Source: Crocinitomicaceae bacterium
GTDB taxonomy: Bacteria; Bacteroidota; Bacteroidia; Flavobacteriales_D; Crocinitomicaceae
Reading direction: 5' to 3'
Length of the DNA: 64,000 nucleotides
NCBI GenBank assembly: GCA_023262855.1
Contig: JALQYQ010000044.1
Span: 4,616-68,615, forward strand
Of the stretch, positions 55,505-64,000 are shown piece by piece (the first letter of the stretch is position 1; each line of letters opens with the position of its first letter). The notes under the pieces were generated by a model. The model was not told the DNA's origin, ran no database searches, and was given only the letters and a program-made list of their open reading frames with translations. The position numbers were made by a program, and so were the translations under genes.

Positions 55505-56317
55505 ATGGCAAATAATTTATTGAAAGGAAAAAGAGGAATCATTTTCGGAGCATTGAATAGTCAATCAATTGCTTGGCACGTTGCTGAGAAAGCACACGAG
55601 CAAGGAGCAGAATTTGTTCTAACAAACGCACCAATCGCAATGCGTATGGGTGAAATTAATGAACTAGCTGAGAAAACAGGTTCTAAAATTATTCCTGCCG
55701 ATGCTACAAGTGTTGAAGATTTAGAGAAATTAATTTCAGAATCTATGGAGATTTTGGGAGGTAAAATTGACTTTATTCTTCACTCAATTGGTATGTCTGT
55801 AAACGTGCGTAAAGGAAATCACTATACAGATCAAAACTATGATTACACGCAAAAAGGACTTGATGTTTCTGCTTTGTCGTTTCATAAAGTAATGCAAGTT
55901 GCGAAGAAATTGGACGCAGTAAATGACTGGGGTTCAATTGTTGCTTTAACATACATCGCTGCTCAACGTACGTTCCCAGATTACAACGATATGGCTGATA
56001 ACAAAGCATATTTGGAGTCAATTGCACGCAGTTTTGGTTACCATTACGGTGTTGAGAAAAAAGTACGTGTTAATACAATCTCTCAATCACCAACAATGAC
56101 AACTGCAGGAAGTGGAGTGAAAGGATTTAGTGAATTTATTTCATTTGCTGAAAACATGTCACCACTTGGAAATGCGGATGCAGCTGCTTGTGCTGATTAC
56201 TGTATTGCGATGTTCTCTGATTTAACACGTTACGTGACAATGCAGAACTTGTTCCACGATGGAGGTTTCTCTAGTACTGGAGTAACTACAGCAGTTATCG
56301 AAAAATTTGGTGCATAA
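55505..56317 (+). CDS. fabI: Enoyl-[acyl-carrier-protein] reductase (NADH)
   Basis: 270 aa. N-terminal LKGKRGIIFG with an SDR-like fold and a typical FabI layout. Confidence 0.85.
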   Translation: MANNLLKGKRGIIFGALNSQSIAWHVAEKAHEQGAEFVLTNAPIAMRMGEINELAEKTGSKIIPADATSVEDLEKLISESMEILGGKIDFILHSIGMSVNVRKGNHYTDQNYDYTQKGLDVSALSFHKVMQVAKKLDAVNDWGSIVALTYIAAQRTFPDYNDMADNKAYLESIARSFGYHYGVEKKVRVNTISQSPTMTTAGSGVKGFSEFISFAENMSPLGNADAAACADYCIAMFSDLTRYVTMQNLFHDGGFSSTGVTTAVIEKFGA

Positions 56318-56336
56318 GCACTTTTAAATAAACTTG

Positions 56337-56372
56337 AAAATGCAATGCCTTTTGGTGTTGCATTTTTTTTTT
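56337..56372 (+). terminator. Rho-independent terminator of fabI
   Basis: Stem tgcaatgcc/ggtgttgca (with G-U pairs) followed by T10. Confidence 0.6.
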
Positions 56373-56477
56373 GCTTTAAAATGAACTAAACTTTCTGTCA
56401 AAATTTTAACAGCTTGTTTTCGCTTATACTAATTGTATTACTTTCGCGTTGAACTAGAAAACACCAAAATCAATCGC

Positions 56478-57092
56478 ATGAAACTACTAATTGCCGCGAT
56501 GTTGTTGCTGGGAAGCTTCACATTTGCACAGCCTCTCAATCAAAAGAATTCCCAAGGAGGAATGTTTAGTTTAGGCGTTCGAACAACGCTTAGCACTTTT
56601 AATCATGGAGAATTTGGAAACACTGGAATGGGTGTAGGCGGACAATTTCGTTTGCAATTTGCCGACCATGTCAATTCAGATTGGTTTTTTGATTACATCA
56701 CTGGGGATATAGAAGATTTTGCGCATCGAACAGATTATCACATTGGATGGAGTGTAATTTATTACCCGACGAAAAATTTAACGCCAAAAGTTCGTCCTTA
56801 TGTTTTGGGAGGACATTGTTTCGATTATACCCGTTTAGTGGATAATTCCAATGCGACTAATTTTATGGAACGCTGGAGCTCTGCAGTTCAAGGTGGACTT
56901 GGTGCTCATTTCAATTTATCACAACGCCTCGATCTTTCAGTTGTTTCTCAGTACATGATTCACCTCGGAAGCGATGTTCACGCAGATTTACATAATGGTG
57001 CGGTTGAGTTTCATCAAGAAAAGGGAGCAAGTTTGGAAGGACATTTATTGTTCCATGTTGGTATTAACTATAACATAGGGGATTTATGGTAA
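56478..57092 (+). CDS. Small outer-membrane beta-barrel protein
   Basis: Signal peptide MKLLIAAMLLLGSFTFAQ, alternating strands, and an aromatic C-terminus. Start trimmed to ATG 56478. Confidence 0.5.
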   Translation: MKLLIAAMLLLGSFTFAQPLNQKNSQGGMFSLGVRTTLSTFNHGEFGNTGMGVGGQFRLQFADHVNSDWFFDYITGDIEDFAHRTDYHIGWSVIYYPTKNLTPKVRPYVLGGHCFDYTRLVDNSNATNFMERWSSAVQGGLGAHFNLSQRLDLSVVSQYMIHLGSDVHADLHNGAVEFHQEKGASLEGHLLFHVGINYNIGDLW

Positions 57093-57646
57093 GAAGAATT
57101 GGAACCGTTGTGGCATTGTTGCTGGCACTGAATGCCGCAGCACAAGAAGAAATTTACATTCGTCCAGGATTATTAAAAGCATCTGCAACCATTGCTCCAG
57201 GAAAAATGTTGAACCGAACAGTGAATACCATCTATCTTTCTGGTTTCTTGGAATACCATATCGAAAAGAACTTAAGTTTGCGTGGTGATACGTATTGGTA
57301 CATCGATGGGACAGCGGAAAAAGCAACAGATGTTACCTTAAGAAACGCATCGAGAACCTATTTCGGGGTCTTTTACCATAAGAATGTAAAGAATTGGGAT
57401 AATTACCTTGGTTTTCAACCAGGACTTTCATTTTTGCGTTTTGGAGCTATTTCCAATAAAACATCGGTTTGTCCTTCGTTTGCTTTGACGGCTGGTACAA
57501 GCTTTTATGTGTGGAAATATTTCCATTTTTTCGCTAATTTGAGCTATGTGAATTCAATAGCTCATGGTATCAATGGAGGTTCAATGCGAGCAGATGAATT
57601 GATTTTTTCAGCTGGTTTAGGATTTAATTTGAATACGAAAAAGTAA
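57086..57646 (+). CDS. Small outer-membrane beta-barrel protein
   Basis: Signal peptide VVALLLALNAAAQ and a beta-strand pattern. It overlaps the previous gene by 7 nt. Confidence 0.5.
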   Translation: MVRRIGTVVALLLALNAAAQEEIYIRPGLLKASATIAPGKMLNRTVNTIYLSGFLEYHIEKNLSLRGDTYWYIDGTAEKATDVTLRNASRTYFGVFYHKNVKNWDNYLGFQPGLSFLRFGAISNKTSVCPSFALTAGTSFYVWKYFHFFANLSYVNSIAHGINGGSMRADELIFSAGLGFNLNTKK

Positions 57647-57651
57647 GCTTG

Positions 57652-58380
57652 TTATTTCTTTTTGCCGGAAAGGGCGTATTTTAAAATGCAGTAAATAACG
57701 CGCATTCCATCTTTGGAACTGATTTTCTTTCCTTCTTCTTTGTTGCGTGCAATGTAGGAAATAGGAACTTCTTGAATGCGTAAACCTTTTAATTTCGATA
57801 ATTTCAGCGTGACTTCTGGCTCGAAACCAAAACGGTTTTCTTCCAAGTTCATTTCTTTCAGGATCTTTGAAGGAACCAATTTATAACACGTCATCATGTC
57901 GGTCAATTTGAAGCCTGTAAACACGTTTGAAAGTTTCGTAAGGAAACCATTTCCCATAATGTGCCAAACAAAATTAGTGTTTTGGTGATCTTTTCGCAAG
58001 AAACGCGATCCATAAACCACTTCTGAATTTCCAGTTAAAAGTCCTTCCAACAGCACATTGATGTCTGCAGGATTCAATTCCAAGTCTGCATCTTGAATGA
58101 CGATGTAATCTCCACTTGCTAATTCAATTCCTTTGTGAATCGCCGCACCTTTACCTTGATTGATAGCTTGTTCAAAGGATTGAATGTTCACTTCTGGAAA
58201 TTCCGAAATAAATGCTTCGATTTCTTTTGCAGTTGAATCAGTTGAACAATCATTTACCACAATTAATTCCTTTTCAATTCCTTGAATTAAGTTCAATTCA
58301 GCCACGTTCGTTAAAACAGCTTTGATTGTTTTTGCCTCGTTATAGGCGGGAATAAGTATGGATAATTTGTTCAATTTCAT
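57652..58380 (-). CDS. Family 2 glycosyltransferase (polyprenol-phosphate sugar synthase-like)
   Basis: LSILIPAYNE, VVNDCSTD and the DAD motif (QDADLE). 242 aa. Confidence 0.8.
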   Translation of the reverse strand: MKLNKLSILIPAYNEAKTIKAVLTNVAELNLIQGIEKELIVVNDCSTDSTAKEIEAFISEFPEVNIQSFEQAINQGKGAAIHKGIELASGDYIVIQDADLELNPADINVLLEGLLTGNSEVVYGSRFLRKDHQNTNFVWHIMGNGFLTKLSNVFTGFKLTDMMTCYKLVPSKILKEMNLEENRFGFEPEVTLKLSKLKGLRIQEVPISYIARNKEEGKKISSKDGMRVIYCILKYALSGKKK

Positions 58381-58484
58381 ATTTGCTTCCCAAATGTAGG
58401 GTTATTTTATGAAATAGGTTCATAGATTTCAATTGAAGTCGCTGTTCTCTAGTTTGACAGAGTTTTGTTAACTTGGCACTTGAA

Positions 58485-60167
58485 ATGCGCATTAAACAAT
58501 CACTTTTTTGGATTATCGCGATCAGTTGTGTGCTGATTGGTATGTTTTCCGTTCGCGAGTTGGACGGTCGTTATGGTCGTTCCATCAATGGTGACGCGAA
58601 AGCATATTATGCTTATTTACCAGCACTTTTCATTTATAATGATCCAAGTTATTCTTACATTGATTCGGTAGAACAAAGGTATTATCCTGAAGATCGTTCG
58701 CAGTTCAAGGATTTTCGGATACCTCAGAAGAATGGGAAAGCGGTGAATAAAACTTTCCCGGGATTAAGTGTGTTGTATGCTCCTTTTTTCTTTTTAAGCA
58801 TGTTTGTAGCTTGGGTGTTCGGTTTTCCAGTTGATGGTTATTCGGCACCTTTTCAATGGGGAATAGCTTTTTCGCACTTAGTCTATTTCTTCGTTGGTTT
58901 ACGCTTTTTATTGGCCTTTTTTCGCTCCTACAAAATCAGCGATACGATTAGTTATTGGGTATTTACCTTCTTATTGTTTGGAACCAATTGTTGGTACTAT
59001 TTGGTTTACGATCACACCGTTAGTCACATTCATAGTTTCTTCCTGACTTGTGTATTGCTTTGGTCGATGAAACGATGGATTTCTACGAAGCAAGTAAAAA
59101 TGCTCGGTCTTGTTGCTTGTATAATGGCTTTATTGGTGATTATTCGTCCAACAAATGCCGTGATGATCTTGTTTTTACCATTGTTATTGGTGCTGAGAAA
59201 TGTCAAACTAAAAGCATTGTTGAGCAAAGAAGTTTTTCATTTGAAAGCTCTTATTCTGCCTGTAATTATTGGACTTTCGATACTTGCAATTCCATTATTG
59301 TTTTGGAAATGGCAAAGTGATTTATGGTTGGTTTATTCGTATGGCAAGGAATCATTTGACTTTAAACATCCGCACTTGCTTGAATTTTTATTCTCCTACC
59401 AAAAAGGTTGGTTGTTGTGGTCACCGCTAACGCTTTTTGCACTGATTGGCGGACTCATTTATTTTGGAAAACAATCGTGGAAAGCGTTATTGTTGTTCGT
59501 TTTACCGTTAATCATCATCGTTTACATATTATCGTCGTGGTGGTGTTGGACCTACGGTTCAGGTTTTGGTCAACGACCGATGATGGAATATTTGCCATTC
59601 ATTGCTTTGGGATTTGCTTTTTTTGCCCAGAAATACTTGAAGAAAATTCACTTGGCGCTGATTATCCTACCTTTTTCTGGATTAGCAATGGTGCAAAGTT
59701 ACCAAGTAGCGAATAGCATCTTGCATGGAGGATTAACCACAAAAAAGGAGTATTGGTCGCATTTCTTGCAATTAAAAACCGATGCGCCAAAAGCAGAAAT
59801 TCCAATAGGATACAAAGTGAAATCGGCTGCAAAAATTAAACGTTTGTGTACCATCGATGAGCAACATGCTTTTTCCTACACAGTTGAGGCGACGAACCTA
59901 AAAGGTGCCGATAAATTGCGTGTTGAACTAACGATTGGCGCAGAACATAAAAATACCGACATTCGTTTGGTGGTGAGTTCGAAAGATGGCAGTTTTTACC
60001 AAGATCGTTTTTTAGGTGATTTTCTGTATGACTCACCGCGCGAAATGAGTTTTATGTTTGATCTTCCGAGCAAGGATTCATTGATTTACCAAGCCTATGT
60101 TTGGAATGGAGATACGAAAAGAGAAGCTAAAATTGAAGGTTTACGATTGGAATTAGTTGGTCGTTAA
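58485..60167 (+). CDS. Polytopic membrane protein, GT-C-fold (ArnT/PMT-like) glycosyltransferase candidate
   Basis: About 11 TM segments and a soluble C-terminal domain. It is divergent from a GT2 polyprenol-P sugar synthase, the usual partner arrangement. Confidence 0.4.
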   Translation: MRIKQSLFWIIAISCVLIGMFSVRELDGRYGRSINGDAKAYYAYLPALFIYNDPSYSYIDSVEQRYYPEDRSQFKDFRIPQKNGKAVNKTFPGLSVLYAPFFFLSMFVAWVFGFPVDGYSAPFQWGIAFSHLVYFFVGLRFLLAFFRSYKISDTISYWVFTFLLFGTNCWYYLVYDHTVSHIHSFFLTCVLLWSMKRWISTKQVKMLGLVACIMALLVIIRPTNAVMILFLPLLLVLRNVKLKALLSKEVFHLKALILPVIIGLSILAIPLLFWKWQSDLWLVYSYGKESFDFKHPHLLEFLFSYQKGWLLWSPLTLFALIGGLIYFGKQSWKALLLFVLPLIIIVYILSSWWCWTYGSGFGQRPMMEYLPFIALGFAFFAQKYLKKIHLALIILPFSGLAMVQSYQVANSILHGGLTTKKEYWSHFLQLKTDAPKAEIPIGYKVKSAAKIKRLCTIDEQHAFSYTVEATNLKGADKLRVELTIGAEHKNTDIRLVVSSKDGSFYQDRFLGDFLYDSPREMSFMFDLPSKDSLIYQAYVWNGDTKREAKIEGLRLELVGR

Positions 60168-60173
60168 CTCCAG

Positions 60174-60584
60174 TTATTCCTCAATTGCTTCAATGCCCAT
60201 CGCTTTTATCCGTTCCAAGTTTTCCTTCATTGCAGAAAGCTGTTCCTTAGAATGTCCTTGCCAATCGTGAACAAGACCAATCACGCGCAATGGACTACCT
60301 GTGCGATACGATTTGGTTGGATTTCCAGGGAATTTTTTGTCAGTTAAGTTTGGATCATCTTCAAAAGAACCAATTGGCTCAACAAGGTAAATTGCTTCTT
60401 CACCTTCACCTTGCGCCAATTCAGCTCCCCACGTTGCCGCTTCAAGGGTTTCAGTGAAATAAACAAACTTGGCGATGCGTTGCGAACCATAATTTGATTT
60501 GAAACCCGGCTCGATCAAATCGCCACTTTTCAAACGTGCCTTAGTTCCGTGATAATAGGTGGGTGTTGAAGTGTTGTTTGACAT
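60174..60584 (-). CDS. arr: Rifampin ADP-ribosyltransferase
   Basis: 136 aa. YYHGTKARLKSGDL, VYFT, WGAELA, YLVEP, FEDDPNLTDKKFPGNPTKSYRT and a W.GH tail match the Arr family almost motif for motif. Confidence 0.9.
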   Translation of the reverse strand: MSNNTSTPTYYHGTKARLKSGDLIEPGFKSNYGSQRIAKFVYFTETLEAATWGAELAQGEGEEAIYLVEPIGSFEDDPNLTDKKFPGNPTKSYRTGSPLRVIGLVHDWQGHSKEQLSAMKENLERIKAMGIEAIEE

Positions 60585-60589
60585 GTTAA

Positions 60590-61765
60590 TTAAGATGTAA
60601 TTGGTTTATTATTTCTACTCCATTCGCTCCAAGAACCAACGTACAATGTCGGGATTTCAAGTCCTGCGTGGGCGAATGCGAGTAGGGTGTGACAAGCGGT
60701 TACGCCAGAGCCACAATGAACGATGATTTGTTCGCTTGGAATTGATGCACAAAGCCTTGAATATTTTTCATTTAAGACAGTTGACGGTAAAAAATAGCCT
60801 TGCGCGTCTAGATTTTCAGTGAACGGAACATTGATAGCAGTGGGAATGTGTCCAGCAATTAAATCGATTGGTTCAGTAAGACCATTGTAGCGATCGGCAT
60901 CACGTACGTCAATGATTAGTTGTTTATCTGAATGAGTTGCTTTTTCTACTTCCGAGAGTGTAACCCGATTTAGAATCCAGTGCTGAGCAGGATAAACACC
61001 TGTGTGTTTCGCTTGTTCAAATCCAGAAGAACACGGTAAATCGCAAAGCAAAGCAGCTTGCAAACCACCGTTGATTACTTGTACGTTTTCGTGTCCAAGT
61101 GCTTTTAACATCCACCAAAATCGCGCTGCAGCATTTGCTCCGGATTTGTCATCGTAAACAATAACCCGTTTTTCAGGAGAAATTCCCAATTGACCAAGGA
61201 AGTGGGTGAATTTTCCAATTTCTGGCAAAGGATGTCTTCCTCCTTGAGCTGGATTTTCGTGAATTTCAGCTAGATCAGTATCCAAATCAACGAATAAAGC
61301 ACCTTTCAAATGGTTCATTTCATACGCTTCTTTTGCATTTGGGCCTGTGCGAATATCAATTAGAACGACGAAATCATCATGTATGAAGGCTTGAAGTTCT
61401 GTAGCTTCGATGAGTGGAGGACAAATTTTCGCTGTTGAATAAGCATATTTTCGTTTGAATTTAAAAAAGATTGCGAATACAAAAGCGATTGGTAGAATTG
61501 GACTTAGTACGTTTATCAGAAGCTCATTCTCCGAGTAGGGCAATGATCCAAGAATCATTAATGCGCTGAACTCAGCAACGAAAAGAGCAAGAAGTAAACG
61601 CATTTTTCCATTCATTTTCCAATTGGTAAAACCTATGAAAACAAGTAAACCGAAGAAAACTATTGCATCAATGAAGACAGTTTGAAGTGCATTTTCACCA
61701 TGTGCAAAGACTTTTACAGGAAGTAAAATAAAAATGAAAAGTGTAAGAATTGAAAATGACTTCAT
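60590..61765 (-). CDS. Membrane-anchored tandem-rhodanese sulfurtransferase (SseA/3-mercaptopyruvate type)
   Basis: About 110 aa N-terminal with 3-4 TM helices, then two rhodanese domains. The active-site loop is HCGSGVTACH. Confidence 0.7.
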   Translation of the reverse strand: MKSFSILTLFIFILLPVKVFAHGENALQTVFIDAIVFFGLLVFIGFTNWKMNGKMRLLLALFVAEFSALMILGSLPYSENELLINVLSPILPIAFVFAIFFKFKRKYAYSTAKICPPLIEATELQAFIHDDFVVLIDIRTGPNAKEAYEMNHLKGALFVDLDTDLAEIHENPAQGGRHPLPEIGKFTHFLGQLGISPEKRVIVYDDKSGANAAARFWWMLKALGHENVQVINGGLQAALLCDLPCSSGFEQAKHTGVYPAQHWILNRVTLSEVEKATHSDKQLIIDVRDADRYNGLTEPIDLIAGHIPTAINVPFTENLDAQGYFLPSTVLNEKYSRLCASIPSEQIIVHCGSGVTACHTLLAFAHAGLEIPTLYVGSWSEWSRNNKPITS

Positions 61766-61810
61766 TTAGATTGTTGTTAAATTAAATTAAATTTAATTTA
61801 ATCTAAAATT

Positions 61811-62764
61811 CTATACCACACGATAAACCGTATTGATTTTGTCTCCTTCTTTTTCAAACAAACCAAGATCAACGGCCAATTTTAAATCGCGACTAGCTGT
61901 TGCAGTGGAAATATCTGTAAAAACATTCATATACTCTTTACGCGTAAAAGGAGTTTTTGTCGTTTCTGCAAAATAACAAATACGATCTTCAGATGTAATG
62001 GTGCGATTTCGAATGGCTAACACTTCGGTTAAGGAAGCATCAATAATGTTCAACATATAGCGAATAAATGGTGTTGAGTTTCCTTGTCGATCGCTTTCGG
62101 CTAATGCTCCATAATAGTTACTTTGCGATTGCTGAATCATGTTTTCAAAGGGAATAAATTCAAAAATTGGATATTCTTGCATGAGAATGCCGGTCTGCCA
62201 CAAACGTCCCATTCTTCCATTTCCATCAATAAACGGGTGAATGAACTCCATTTCGTAATGAAAAACGCAACTTTTTATCAGTGTCAGTTCGTTTGAATTT
62301 TTTACGAATTGAAATAAATCGTTCATTAAATAGGGAACGTTTTCGGCTGGTGGAGCCAAATGCGCAACTTGTTCACCAGCAACAATTCCTACGCTTTTTT
62401 TACGAAACTTACCTGCATCAGAAACAAGTCCGTTCATCAATAGTGCATGTGCATCAAGAAATGAGTCGACTGAATCTGCATTAAATCGAGATAAATTGGC
62501 ATAAACTTCAATTGCATTGCGAACTTCAAGAATATCTTTTTGTGGACCAATGACCTTTTCTCCTTCCAAAAGCGCTGTAATTTGATCGATTGTCAAAGTG
62601 TTTCCTTCAATTCCCAATGACGAATGAATCGTTTTAATGCGATTTTCCTTGCGCAATTTTGGAGCTGGTTTATCAAGCATTTTAGCATTGATTTGACCAA
62701 TTTTCTCAGAAATTGAAGCAATGTAGCGAAGTATTTCGTGCGTGAGTTGGTATGGTGGATTCAT
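61811..62764 (-). CDS. Fic-family protein, class II (N-terminal intramolecular inhibitory helix), with a C-terminal wHTH-like domain
   Basis: Fic motif HPFIDGNGRMGR. The inhibitory motif S-x-x-x-E-G is present as SLGIEGN near residue 50. Confidence 0.8.
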   Translation of the reverse strand: MNPPYQLTHEILRYIASISEKIGQINAKMLDKPAPKLRKENRIKTIHSSLGIEGNTLTIDQITALLEGEKVIGPQKDILEVRNAIEVYANLSRFNADSVDSFLDAHALLMNGLVSDAGKFRKKSVGIVAGEQVAHLAPPAENVPYLMNDLFQFVKNSNELTLIKSCVFHYEMEFIHPFIDGNGRMGRLWQTGILMQEYPIFEFIPFENMIQQSQSNYYGALAESDRQGNSTPFIRYMLNIIDASLTEVLAIRNRTITSEDRICYFAETTKTPFTRKEYMNVFTDISTATASRDLKLAVDLGLFEKEGDKINTVYRVV

Positions 62765-62853
62765 TTCGTGATACTATCATTTGATACTATCAAAAGTACA
62801 TTAAATTTTAATTGATGCAATCGGTTTGATTATCAATTCTGGAAATGATGAAA

Positions 62854-63050
62854 TTCAACGCGGAGGAGCAAAGAAAGAGAGGCCGCTAGAGAGACGCTGC
62901 GCTTGTTTTTGCCCAATGTTGTTTAGCCACAGATACACAGATGACATATAGAATGTAAAATAAATTATGATTTGTTTAATTAATTGGATAGATTGAAAAT
63001 CAAAGAGGTAGTTGCGCGCTTCTAAATAATTTATCTGTGCATCTGTGGCT
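62854..63050. repeat. Composite intergenic element: a diverged inverted copy of the 19-kb repeat half-unit, plus a long hairpin with octamer-word arms (agccacagatacacagat ... atctgtgcatctgtggct)
   Basis: ttcaacgcggaggag...gagag resembles the reverse complement of ctctccgcgctctcttcgtcctcaatctcctctgcgttgaa. The arms at 62925-62942 and 63033-63050 are complementary with one mismatch. Confidence 0.75.
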
Positions 63051-63074
63051 GATTTTTGCCATGGTAGAAGGTTT

Positions 63075-63743
63075 TCATTCTATCAATTTGCTAATTTCAG
63101 AATTGAGGTGTTCATTTAGTTCTTCAGATTTATCCAAAGTCATTAAATGTCCTCCTCCTTCTATTTTTGTTGAAAATTGAATTCGTTTAATCGGAATGAT
63201 TTTGTCTTTTGAACCATGTAAATGGATGAAGCTTGTTGGAATTGTTTTATTTCTCCATCCAACAATTGCTTTTAAAGCCCATTTCAAAAATTTTGCATCG
63301 GTATCCTCCAAGATGGACTTAAGAAGCAATTTGTCCTTTTTCGTTTTTGTACCGAAGAAATAATGTGTCAATACTGTAGTTCGTTTTAAAAGTGAAACTG
63401 GGATTAGTTTTAGTGCCCCCAATCGGCCAAAAATGCGATACACATTTGGCAGTTCAAGAAAAGTTTTAGCTGTGGCGATTAAGAAAAGTTGTTTTACTGA
63501 TCGAATTTTACTGATTTCAACTGCCAACATTCCCCCAAAAGAAATCCCAAGAATTAGTGGATTTTCACAGGTAATCGCTATGCTAATTCGTTTTGCATAA
63601 GACTCAAGTGATTCATTTTCGAACGGTTCAATCCAATCTACAAAAACAGGTTCCAAACTAGAGAATTCCAATTGATCGAAAACCCGCTCATCAGCACCAA
63701 GTCCACTAAGTATGTAGATTTTTTGTTTCATTTTATCTTTCAA
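63075..63743 (-). CDS. Alpha/beta hydrolase
   Basis: 222 aa. Nucleophile elbow GISFGGMLA and a late HLHGSKD / GGGH pattern. Confidence 0.6.
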   Translation of the reverse strand: MKDKMKQKIYILSGLGADERVFDQLEFSSLEPVFVDWIEPFENESLESYAKRISIAITCENPLILGISFGGMLAVEISKIRSVKQLFLIATAKTFLELPNVYRIFGRLGALKLIPVSLLKRTTVLTHYFFGTKTKKDKLLLKSILEDTDAKFLKWALKAIVGWRNKTIPTSFIHLHGSKDKIIPIKRIQFSTKIEGGGHLMTLDKSEELNEHLNSEISKLIE

Positions 63744-63749
63744 TCCAAA

Positions 63750-63977
63750 TCAGAGCTTTTTATACTCATCAGGTAGTTTTTTCAGTTTAAGTCCTTCTTT
63801 GATGTCGATTTCACTTTTGTTTTTTAGGTAATAGTTTAATTTAGTTTCTTCCGGTGGATGAATGTATTCTATGGTGTCTAATTTAATTCCTTTCCATTGG
63901 AATTTATATACAGGTGGGCTTTGTCCATAACATCTGCCTCGTATGAATTTGTTTTTAGCATCAAAAACGGGATTCAT
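63750..63977 (-). CDS. Hypothetical small protein
   Basis: 75-aa ORF, 6 nt upstream of the hydrolase gene. No recognised domain. Confidence 0.3.
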   Translation of the reverse strand: MNPVFDAKNKFIRGRCYGQSPPVYKFQWKGIKLDTIEYIHPPEETKLNYYLKNKSEIDIKEGLKLKKLPDEYKKL

Positions 63978-64000
63978 AAACTCAAATTCTTTTGAAAAAT

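Noticed and set aside
61765-61807. AT-rich palindrome (tttagatt...aatctaaa) as a specific operator.
   Set aside because: It is almost pure A/T (taaat/attta runs) in a low-GC genome, so palindromy of this kind is expected by chance. I mention it only as context for the Fic gene.

Overview
This 64 kb window is a low-GC chromosomal segment with Bacteroidota (Flavobacteriia-like) hallmarks. These are two T9SS C-terminal sorting domains (type A at 13636-14700, type B on a 1237-aa adhesin), TAnnTTTG -7 promoter boxes, many lipoproteins and a TonB-dependent receptor. Most of it is housekeeping: coaD, rsmD, ffh, gatB, lpxH, lpxK, purT, fabI, wecB, radC, a purine nucleoside phosphorylase, a RecD-like helicase, an RND/MMPL exporter and a CAT-type amino-acid permease. 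I found no rRNA, tRNA, CRISPR array, transposase or integrase.

The unusual content falls into five groups:
1. An accessory islet at 21.4-26.8 kb. It holds a gene broken by an A8 tract and an in-frame TGA, which continues into a 14 x 21-bp tandem repeat encoding a His-rich heptapeptide. After it sits an orphan pair: a Cys/His amidase-like protein and a distant glutamate-cysteine-ligase-like carboxylate-amine ligase.
2. Two short promoterless-looking genes at 29.2-30.9 kb, a GNAT and a Cys-less thioredoxin-fold lipoprotein. Each is bracketed by attC-like ..TAAC / GTTAGC.. imperfect hairpins, with no integrase in the window.
3. An MNT-HepT toxin-antitoxin pair whose HepT toxin has an in-frame TAA at codon 13, so it is missing from the ORF track.
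4. A rifampin ADP-ribosyltransferase (arr) homologue placed 5 nt downstream of a membrane-anchored tandem rhodanese, next to a class II Fic gene.
5. A pervasive family of short-period (7-8 nt) word-repeat arrays with GC-rich cores and long hairpins. They occupy nearly every 3' intergenic gap and often run into stop codons.

All coordinates for non-ORF features were counted by hand and may be off by 1-2 nt. All homology statements rest on motif recognition, not searches.
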